The notes beneath the pieces are model-generated. The model did no database searches, was not told where the DNA came from, and was given only the letters and a program-made list of their open reading frames with translations. From Reclinomonas americana ATCC 50394 (lineage: Eukaryota), in the NCBI GenBank assembly GCA_048213135.1, contig PS015442.1:61317-81316 (forward strand): DNA of 20,000 nucleotides. The letters are read 5' to 3'. Of this stretch, positions 11,684 through 20,000 are shown in pieces. How positions within the stretch are numbered: position 1 is the stretch's first letter; every line of letters starts with the position of its first letter. A program made the translations under genes and the position numbers.

Positions 11684-14600
11684 TCACTGTCGCTCGGAGC
11701 CAAAGGTCGAGTCCAGCAGCGAGAGATTGCCACTTCCCGCGCCGCCTACATCCATCATGTCGAGTAATTCCACGGGTGTTGGAGCGCGCTGGAGGTGCTC
11801 GAGGTGAGAAAGAAGATGCACTGCGTGGTGCAGGAATAGAGCCTCACCTCGTTTAGTCTGCGCCGCAGCTCGGCGACGCGCTTTTGTGTCTCCACCAGCT
11901 CCTTGCTCTTGTCGTCGAGCAGCTGTTGGAGAACGAGCTCGAGGCCGGCTGGGGCGGCGCGGCCGGTGCTTTCCAGCCACTCACGATCTCGAACGCCTGC
12001 AGGTGACGCAAATTAAAATGAGCTCGATGCAGTGCGGCGGGAAGCCAGCGACGGTGATGGGGGAGGGGACCTTGGTTGACACTTTGCAGACGGCCGAGAA
12101 TTGACTGGAAAGTGCCGACATCCGACGCCTTGGCAATCGCCTCCAGCTCCACACATCGCTGATGTTCTGCAACAAGAAGTGAGATTGTGACTTGGTGCTT
12201 CTGGTCGCCTCGCACGCGCATCACTAACCATGTTCCTGGTACCGCTGCAAGTGGGGACTCAGCCGGCGCCAGAACTCCATCTGCGCACGGCGTCTCTTGA
12301 TTTGGTGTTTCACTTCGGCGCCTGCTTTTGGTTTGGCCGGGCGCGTCTTGCCGAACGACGCAATCTCGTCGTCGAGACGCGGCAGCACCACGTTCTGCAT
12401 CATCTCGAACTGCGATCGCCATATGCAGTACTGCGAAACCACACCCACTTCAGCATCACAGGGCAAGTGTGAGAGGACGAGCGACCTCGACGCACCTGGT
12501 GAATGAGGTCATCCTGATCGCGGTAGTACTCGCCCAGCGCGTGCAGATACCGACACCGCGCCGACACGAAATACTCGTGCAGGTATCGATTCATGATGGG
12601 TCGTTGTTCCTTGCTCTGTGACCCCACACGAATGAGCAAAAAACGAAACGCCCTTGAGGATGCTTTGCAAACTGCGCGCACCAATTGCTGCAACATGTCG
12701 TTCTCCTCGGCCATCGCATGCAGCTCCTCACGCAGCTGCTCCCGTTGCATCTGCGTGGCTGCGCGCATGTCGGGAATGCGTTTTTTCATGGCCTGTACCG
12801 CCCGCGAACGTGAGACACGCAGACACACAAGCGGGTGGCTGCGAACACACCTCCACTTCGGCATACTGCTGCGCTTCGGTGTTGGCACAGCTCTCACGCC
12901 ACCGCACGAGCGTTCGCAATCGCTGTCGTGCCGTCTCCAGCACATTGGTGTCGGCCAACTACGACACGCGCGCCACACGTGAGCCAGGAGCGGCAACTTG
13001 ACAAGAACGCACACACACACAACAAGACCTGTCGCTTCACATGCTCGTTGGCGTATCGCAGTCGGCGCGTGTCGTTCTCCAGACTGGCGATCGTCGCCGG
13101 CAACTCGTGATCGATCCGCCGCTCCACCACCTCCAACTCATGCACCAACTCTCTCCTCTGCTGCGCCTCCTGCCGCGCCCGCTCCTCCGGCGACATGCTC
13201 TCAATCGCAATCTCCTTGCGCAGCCGCTCCACATTCTCGCTCGCATCCTCCACTTGCCGCCGCCGATCATCGACCATCGACCGCAACATCTGCGCCTTGT
13301 TCGTCAACTGATCGTTGCGGGCACGCGCGCTCTGCACCTGCACCGACAGATCATGATACGTATCTGCACCACAGTCTATCAGCATCGCCTATCGATTGAT
13401 GAGATCCCAATGCCACTCTCGCACTCACTCTGCAGTCCCACAAGTGGATCGCTGTCTTCTTGACTTGCGCCACCACCACGAGCTCCCTGCGCAGCTGCGC
13501 CTCCAACTCCACCACCAGCTGTGCGACCAGTGGCATCCAGTGACGACGACGTGCGCGTCAACCGCACAGTGTACCGTCGCAGTGCTATCCACGAGTGAGC
13601 AAGTGTGTGTGTAAGAGTGCACGTGAAAGAGTGCGTGTGCACACCTTCCACCCACTCTCCACTGGCAGTTCGCGGAGGCGAGAGTCGCTTCCGCAGACGC
13701 GCATCGATTGCTCGCTGTGGAGCCACCGCCGGCACTGGTGCAGCTGTGGCAGCTGCAGCAGTGCCCAGTGCAGCAGCAGCACTCGTGGGAGAGTGACTGA
13801 GGAGAGTGGTGCGCGGGGAAGGCGTGCGTGGAGTCGGTGGACCTCCTCCTGCTCCTGCTCCTGCACTTGCTGCTGCGCGTTCACTGCCCATGCGCATGAT
13901 GCTCGACCATTCAAGAGAGGACGACGCGGAGCTGTTAGTGCTCATGCTGCTGATATGTTTTATGAGCGGGCGATTGATCGATCGCGTCAATGATGGGTTC
14001 TGCGTTGTAGAGCTCCCATGTCGAGCTCTGTGCAGCCTGATTGGTGCGCTCCCATTCTGTGCTGAGTGAGGAACACGTGTTGTTTCGTCGCGCATCTTGT
14101 TCTTCATGAGAGCGGGCGTGCGGCCGTCCAGTGACTCCCAGTGCGACCGACGACGACTTGTCGAGCTGCGTGAATGGGCGTAAGGCCCCCCTTGCGCTCA
14201 CTGCGTGTATACAAGTCACCTGCGCTTACCTGCCACCACTCCCAACAAGTCCTTGCTACTGCTGCTGCCGCCCAGTGGCGGAAGCTTACTGGGTGCTCTG
14301 TTGATTCCCCCCTGCTGTTGCTGTTGTTGCTGTTGATACCGTTGAGGACTGCTGGCACCTGCACCTCTGCCTGCGTGGATTCCCTCACTGGTGGACTGTG
14401 CTTGCTGTTGTTGCTGTCGTCCTCGTGGAGTCAGCAGCAGTGAGGCACCTCCGCCTTGTCCACTGTTGCTGCCCTCGGCTCCTTGCGCAAGAGGATCCAA
14501 CTCGATGGGCAGTGGACGAGAGCGGATGATACTCTACTCATGTGTGCGTAAGTGGGCGTGAGAGGCAGGGAGTGAGAGAGCGGGCGCACCTGACGAGCGG

Positions 14601-14864
14601 CCTTTGACTCGCGCAGTGTCTGTTTCAACGCACGCACAGCATGATTGCGTCGTGACTGTTTGTGTAACACACACGAGTGAGACACACGAGAGGAGACTCA
14701 CACGCGTGTGTGTGCGTGTTGTGTCTGCAAACCGCTGAGGACTGGAAGGGCGCAGGTGGAGTCGACACCACTCGTTCCACATCGTCGCTGCCAGTGGCAC
14801 CGCGGCGGCCTCCTCCTCGTGACTCTTTGTCGCTGTCGGAGTCTGCGCTGGCGGAGCACCCCAT
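11684..14864 (-). CDS. Hypothetical protein, about 13 exons: N-terminal MGCSAS acylation-type motif, long S/G/Q/A-rich low-complexity region, C-terminal coiled coil
   Basis: ATG at 14864. Exons join in frame through short GT-AG introns to ...LQNTYHDLSVQVQSARARNDQLTNKAQMLRSMVDDRRRQVEDASENVERLRKE...QREQLREELHAMAEENDMLQQL...KSKELVETQKRVAELRRRLNE...SERQ* (TGA 11684-11686). The junction near 14166-14230 is the least certain, so this could be two genes. Confidence 0.6.
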
Positions 14865-15173
14865 TTGCGCGCTCGACTGTTGTGTGAGTGAGAGTGTGTG
14901 TGTAATTGCGTCGGTTGAGTGGTTTGTCCGATTGTATCAGCGAGCCGGCACAATACCGAAGGTACAACTAATAATCCAAAGAGCAACGTAGCTGCGTGAA
15001 GATCACCATCTCGAATGAGCAGAAACAGAGACATCACAGGAACTGTACGAGAGAAAGCAGGAATGCACAAAGCTGGTGTGGATTCTACGACACGTTTGTT
15101 TATGTGGTCGCCGTGCCCTTTTTAAAAAGAAAAGTATGGGCAAAGCTCTCTCCTTCTCCCTCCCTCTGCCTCC

Positions 15174-16749
15174 TCAGTGGATGATCATGCCGGCCTCCTT
15201 GTCCTTGCGGAATAAGCTGGCGATCCTCTTGAACAGGTTGACCTGCTTGTTTTTCCGTGGAGCTGTACATGTGCATGCATGCGGAGTCAGGAAATGAATC
15301 GCCTGGGTGTATGCAAGAGGGTGCGTACCATCGTCGGCGCCCGGAAGCGACAGCTCGGTCACCGACAGCGAGATGAAGAAGCCAAACGGAACCTGCAATG
15401 CACAGTCGAGTTTAGGAAGAGGGAGAGGAGATGACGGCAAAGGAGGAGAAGAGCGACGAGGGAGGAGGAGGAGGAGGAGGAATAGAAGAAGAAGAAGAAG
15501 AAGAAGAAGAAAAGACAACAGCAACAGCAACATCGACTACGACGACGACGACAACAACAACAACACCGACGACGACGACGACAACAACGACAACACCAAC
15601 GACGACGACAACTACAACAACAACAGCAACAACAACAACAACAACAACAACAACACCAAGAACTAGAAGACGAAGAGGAATAAGGGCACAGAGAAGAAAA
15701 ACCACCACCACCCCCACAACGACGATAACAAAATGAGAAGACGAAGAAAGCGAAGAGGGAGACAGACAGTTGACCGTCAGCTCTGCAGTCGTTACTACGC
15801 ACCATCCACACGGCGTAAAAGTAGAAGCACAGAATGTCGGACATGGTGTACTCCAGACCCTCGGGCGACACGAAAAAGTTGTACCACAACAGGTGGCTGA
15901 CCACAAAGCACACTGTCGCCGTCGCCAATCGCTCTCAGTGTCAGCCCGTCAACGCAATACTCACACACAGACAAACGCACCACACGAGCCAATGAACGTG
16001 ACACCGCTGAGCACGAGCAAAACACAGTCATCAGCGACAATGTGAGGCAGGCACACAAGCAGGCAACACACAATCGCACCGGTAATCAAAGAACGGATAC
16101 CGCCGCAGCAGGCTGTTGTAGCACAAGTGCGCACCGATGCCTGACACGCAGAATGAGTCACAACGCTACGGCATGCAGTCGGGCAAAGGGGTCTCTCACC
16201 GAATGCACAGGCGATCAGTGGCATGCCATCAAACAACCAGTGCAACGCATGCAGCCCGACGACCACCTGTGCGTGCGAGAGAGTGAGTGTGTGCAAGAGT
16301 GTGTGTGAGAGAGGCAGCACGCACCCAGATAGAGTACTTAAGCGTGTTGCGGAAAATGTATGTGTACTCCTCTGCCAACTCGGCCAGCTGTGAACGAAAT
16401 TGAGGTGAGTGAGCGTGTGAGACTGAGTGCACAGAGAGGCATGCGTGTCAGAGCGCAACGTAATACAAGCCGCATGCTGAGCAGAGAAGAGAGAGAGAGA
16501 GAGCGCGCGTGTGAGTGCCATTGCCAACACACACACACACGCAAGCGACAATGAGCAACGCACCCAAGCACAACGCAAGGAACGCCACTGCCACGTACAG
16601 CGACAAGTACGACAGGATACTGTGAGCGATGTGTGTGTCAGTGAGTGAGCACACAGAGGGCAACAACGCATCTCTCTCTCTCAGTCACACACACGCACAC
16701 GCGCGTACACACATGCAACCAGAAGACGCAACGTGAAGAAGTAGCCCAT
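15174..16749 (-). CDS. TEX261: TEX261/Svp26 family COPII cargo adaptor (multi-TM), 10 exons
   Basis: Exons 16749-16733, 16619-16564, 16476-16460, 16387-16325, 16266-16200, 16140-16080, 16006-15981, 15912-15803, 15392-15329, 15262-15174 give [39 protein letters not shown]...YPFF...FIGSCVCFVVSHLLWYNFF...VWMVPFGFFISLS...LP, which carries the family motifs [13 protein letters not shown] and WxVPFxxFxSLS. Confidence 0.92.
15458..15657. repeat. Compound trinucleotide microsatellite (GGA)n-(GAA)n-(GAC)n/(AAC)n inside TEX261 intron 8
   Basis: Directly visible runs of ggaggagga, gaagaagaa, gacgacgac and aacaacaac within the 410-nt intron 15393-15802. Confidence 0.95.
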
Positions 16750-16828
16750 CGATGCTCTCACAGTCGCACAGTCGCACGCGATCAGTTGATTGTGTGTCTG
16801 TCTGTCTGTGTGTGAGTGACTCTTTCTG
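16750..16828. promoter_or_regulatory. Very short divergent intergenic region, putative bidirectional promoter (TEX261 / mnmE)
   Basis: Only 79 nt separate the head-to-head ATGs. The region contains a CACAGTCG tandem duplication and (TCTG)n/(TG)n. Promoter function is inferred from gene geometry only. Confidence 0.4.
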
Positions 16829-18903
16829 ATGTTGGCCAGTGTGTTTGCACTGTGCTCTGGCGGCTCTGGACGGTGCGGACTGAGTGTGACACGTGTCTCT
16901 GGGCCACAGGCCATGTGGATCGCGCGTGCCTTGTGCAGAGGAGGAACAAAGTACACAAATGCACTTGTCTCTCTGTGTCTCTCTGTCGCTCATGTGCGTG
17001 TGTGTGCAAAGACCGCTTCTTGTGCAGTCGTCGGGGAGCATGGTGCATGTGCGCGACTTTGTGCATCCGCAGAGTGGCGAGTTGATTGATCGCGGCATTC
17101 TGTTGCAGTTCTTTGGTCAGTCTCTCTCTATTGTCTCTCTCGTGCGCGTGTGCTGAGTGTGCGTGCATGTGTGTGTGCAGCGCCGAGGAGTTACACAGGG
17201 GAGCATGTTGTGGAGTTTCATACGCATGGGAGTGGCGCAGTGATTCGGGCACTGCATGCGGCGTTGAGTGCGTTGCATGGGCGGCGAGTGAGTGCTGACA
17301 GGGACGAGGAGGAGGAGGAGGTGTTCAATGTGCGACCAGCGGAGGCGGGCGAGTTCACGAGGAGAGCGTTTGAGAATCAGAAGCTGGATTTGACCAAGGT
17401 GGAGGGCGTGGCCGACCTCATTCATGTTGCGTGGTGTGCATGGCGCGGTCGACTTGTGTGTGTGTGTGTCTCTCATGGGTGTTTTGTCGTCGCGCGTCAG
17501 GCAGGCTGAGACCGAAGCGCAGCGCAAGCAGGCGTTGCGGCAAATGACGGTCTGCATGTTGTTGTTCGCCGGTGCGGTCTTCGTGTGCATGCATGCTCAT
17601 CGACTTTACAGGGCCAGTCGTCGGCCGAGATCCAGGCGCTGCGACGCGAGCTCAGCACGGCGTTGGCGTACATTGAGGCGTTTATCGACTTTGGCGACGA
17701 TGAGGATATTCCGGCGGAGACGCGCGATCTCGGTTGGTGACTGGTGACTGATGATGGTCTGTGGTTGTTGTTGACCACGCCTTGCAGTGCTCGACAAGAC
17801 CCGCAGTGTGGCGTCGAGTATTGCACGCGTGCTGAAGGATCATCGTCGCGGCATGGCGGTTCGACAGGGCGTGCACGTGGCGATTGTGGGGCCACCAAAT
17901 GCTGGCAAGAGCACGCTGATGAACTTGCTCGGTGTGTCTGCGTGTCATACGTTGATCTTGGTGTCTGTCATCTCACCGTGAAGCCTGCAGCTCAGCGAGA
18001 CGTGGCCATGGTCAGCAACCGGCCTGGAACGACTCGCGATGTGATCGAAGTGACGCTCGATCTGGGCGGCTACGCCACGGTGTTGGCCGACACGGCAGGT
18101 ATTCGTGAGGCCACGGACGATCCACTCGAGCGCGAAGGCATGAACCGAGCACTGGCCAGGTGCATTGACCCGCGGTTGCATCGCAAGGCTGAAACCTCCT
18201 CACCGAGTTCCGCAAACAGATTTCACGACGCCGATCTCCGACTGCTGGTGTTGGACGCCACGCCGCTGCTCGACGCCAATGTCCCCATCAGCGATTGGAG
18301 AGTACCCGAATCACTGGCGCACTTGCACACCGAAGACACACTGGTGGTGTGGAACAAGTGCGATGCTCAGGATCGATCAAATGTCGACGTGGACAACACA
18401 ACGGCACCGATTGCCATCAGTTGTCACACGCAACATGGCGTGGATCGCTTTCTGCGCGTGTTGACCAAGCAGATTGCCGCGCGGTGTGTCTTGTCATGTG
18501 ACTCGCTCTGCCACGCCACCAGGAGCTGACCGATTCCATGTACGTGCAGGCTAGAGACCACGGAAGTGTCGTCGATTGTCGTCACTCGCGAACGGCACCT
18601 GCATCACTTGCGCGAATGCTTGTCGCACACGCAACGTGTGATTGATGGTGCGTGTGTGTGTGATGAATGAGACTTTCCTCTGCATGGGCTCATCGTCGCG
18701 CAGAGTGGAGCGTGGCAGAGCCGGTGATACTTGCCGAAATGCTGCGAATGGCCATGAACAGGTCCGTGTGCGCCTTACCGCCTCCTCCCTCGATTTCCAT
18801 GGCACTCACCTGTGCGACTGACAGCCTCGGTGCGTTCACCGGCAAGGTCGACGTGGAACAGCTGCTGGATATCATCTTTCGTGATTTCTGCATCGGCAAA
18901 TGA
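16829..18903 (+). CDS. mnmE: tRNA modification GTPase MnmE/TrmE (GTPBP3/MSS1-like), 11 exons; start codon uncertain
   Basis: Spliced product has [72 protein letters not shown]1 GPPNAGKS, G2 PGTTRD, G3 DTAGIR, G4 NKCD and the C-terminal FCIGK* (TGA 18901-18903). Introns: 16951-17011 (uncertain), 17116-17180, 17426-17504, 17550-17611, 17733-17787, 17932-17990, 18160-18219, 18484-18549, 18648-18703, 18762-18824. Confidence 0.95.
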
Positions 18904-18914
18904 AGGAACGTAGT

Positions 18915-19150
18915 NNNNNNNNNNNNNNNNNNNNNNNNNNNNNNNNNNNNNNNNNNNNNNNNNNNNNNNNNNNNNNNNNNNNNNNNNNNNNNNNNNNNNN
19001 NNNNNNNNNNNNNNNNNNNNNNNNNNNNNNNNNNNNNNNNNNNNNNNNNNNNNNNNNNNNNNNNNNNNNNNNNNNNNNNNNNNNNNNNNNNNNNNNNNNN
19101 NNNNNNNNNNNNNNNNNNNNNNNNNNNNNNNNNNNNNNNNNNNNNNNNNN
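18915..19150. other. Assembly gap (236 N)
   Basis: Run of N between the MnmE stop and the TBC gene. It probably hides the TBC stop codon and both 3' UTRs. Confidence 1.
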
Positions 19151-20000
19151 ACAACAGGCGGTGCGGCGGCCGGTGCCGGTGCTGGTGCACTGCTGCTTCC
19201 GCCCGGCAAATCGGAAAAGAAGATGTCGGTCTGGGCGACCACGCGATTAGGTGGCACCTCGCCGCGTTCAATGGCCTCCTGGATTCGCCGTTGTTCCTCC
19301 TGCTGAGCAGCCTGTCTCCGCGCCGTCTTGGTGGCCTGTGTTAGGTCGGCGAACTCAAAGGAGAAGTCGGGCTGATTGACAATATCCCAGTCCATGTCGT
19401 CGCCGACAATGAGCTGGAAGCGCTTGAAGAGGGCCTCGCCAATCAGCAGGATCTCGTCAGCGTCCAGTGTGCCCGTCAGCCTAGCGCGCAGGAGTTTGTG
19501 AGGAGACAGCAATGAGAGAAATAGGCGGTTCCACAAGCTTACTTGTTCATGTGCTGCAGAATCTCGTCAAACTCCAACTCCTGCGCCATGATGATCGACT
19601 TTTGCTTGAACAGAATGGCCAGCGCCATGAACACCGGCCAATGGTACGTCGGCTCGTGCGTCCAGATCACCTGATTTGCGGTACGTCAGGACGTGACAAC
19701 AACAACAACGGTGAAGAGAGAGACGGCAGTTCGCGTACGCTACCTCCCACAACCGCATCACAGCGACAAAGTCAAACTCGCGCTTGAAATGCACAATGAT
19801 CCACCGGAAGGCGAAGAAGAAGTTGGAGGCGTTGTGTGTGTCTGCGATAGGGCGCCAAAGGGGGTTGAGGCACGAAACGCCTGCTCAGCAGGCAAGAACT
19901 GGCACGAACCGAGGTACATGAACAACTCGTGATCGAGCAGTTTGCACAGATTCACGACTTGCATCAACTGGGTGTGAATGCCCTGGCCGTCGCGCAAAAA
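19151..20000 (-). CDS. Partial TBC-domain Rab GTPase-activating protein, TBC1D15/17-Gyp7-like
   Basis: Introns 19842-19909, 19671-19743 and 19481-19542 give DGQGIHTQL...LLDHELFMYLDTHNASNFFFAFRWIIVHFKREFDFVAVMRLWEVIWT...VFMALAIL...FDEILQHMNKLTGTLD, matching the TBC1D15/Gyp7 C-terminal TBC pattern (FxFRWxxxxFKREF...RLWEVxW, FxEILxHxNxL). Runs off the window at the 5' end and into the gap at the 3' end. Confidence 0.9.

Noticed and set aside
13351-13914. Alternative-frame ORFs (AWAVNAQQQVQEQ..., LVVELEAQLRREL...) suggesting HAUS5/augmin
   Set aside because: They do not splice cleanly in phase to the downstream coiled-coil exons, whereas the DPLVGLQ-NTYHDL frame does. The resemblance to HAUS5 is superficial.
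15307-15928. Poly-T, poly-V, poly-C, poly-N and poly-R ORFs on both strands
   Set aside because: These are translations of the intronic trinucleotide microsatellite. The flanking TEX261 exons join correctly (AVWM|VPFGFF) without them.
399-16732. Reading the same sites as G|TT donors with the acceptor also shifted by one base
   Set aside because: It needs introns that end AG-N rather than AG, and it changes the NHL-typical Phe after 399 to Val. It is less parsimonious, although only cDNA can formally exclude it.
16747-16754. Palindrome CATCGATG placing two divergent ATGs 2 nt apart
   Set aside because: An 8-nt palindrome is expected by chance in 20 kb, and the plus-strand ATG has no convincing in-frame connection to mnmE.
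399-17432. Reading GTTGCG sites as GC donors 3 nt downstream (GTT|GCG), which also preserves frame
   Set aside because: It would insert an extra Val into conserved motifs (MnmE DLIH-V-AET, TEX261 GLYY-V-LAEL), and the resulting GC donors have no other consensus match, unlike the GC donor AG|GCGAGT at 10343.
399-17504. GTTGCG introns as U12 minor introns or as introner-like mobile copies
   Set aside because: They have no RTATCCTT donor or TCCTTAAC branch site. Beyond the first 6-7 nt they share no visible similarity or terminal repeats, and they occur in all three phases.
18690-19536. ORFs spanning the N run that appear to overlap mnmE
   Set aside because: Artefact of translating N as X. Continuity across the gap cannot be assessed.
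1-20000. CRISPR arrays, transposons, rRNA/tRNA genes, prokaryotic operons, and the many antisense ORFs in the track
   Set aside because: I saw no repeat-spacer arrays, terminal repeats, transposase or RT motifs, or structured RNA signatures. Six spliced genes account for nearly all of the sequence, and the antisense ORFs are shadows expected at high GC.

Overview
Compact, GC-rich, very intron-dense eukaryotic (protist-like) genomic DNA, not prokaryotic. Splicing by hand (81 complete introns, nearly all 54-113 nt, GT/GC-AG, with CTCAC/CTGAC/CTAAC/CTCAT-like branch motifs) resolves six genes. They are: a >2280-aa polycystin-1-like receptor (NHL, CUB, REJ, GAIN/GPS, about 5-6 TM; +, <62-9388); SEC12/PREB (-, 9550-11624); an unknown MGCxxS-start coiled-coil protein (-, 11684-14864); TEX261/Svp26 (-, 15174-16749); MnmE/GTPBP3/MSS1 (+, ~16829-18903); and part of a TBC1D15/Gyp7-like Rab-GAP (-, 19151->20000), with an N gap at 18915-19150. 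The most striking signal is in the splice sites. 17 of 81 introns begin GTTGCG or GTTKYG, which is the local donor consensus G|GTGCGT displaced by one base, and 16 of these 17 follow a non-G exon end. In contrast, 61 of the other 64 donors follow G. This suggests a major shifted-register 5' splice-site class. All gene models and counts are manual and have no transcript support.
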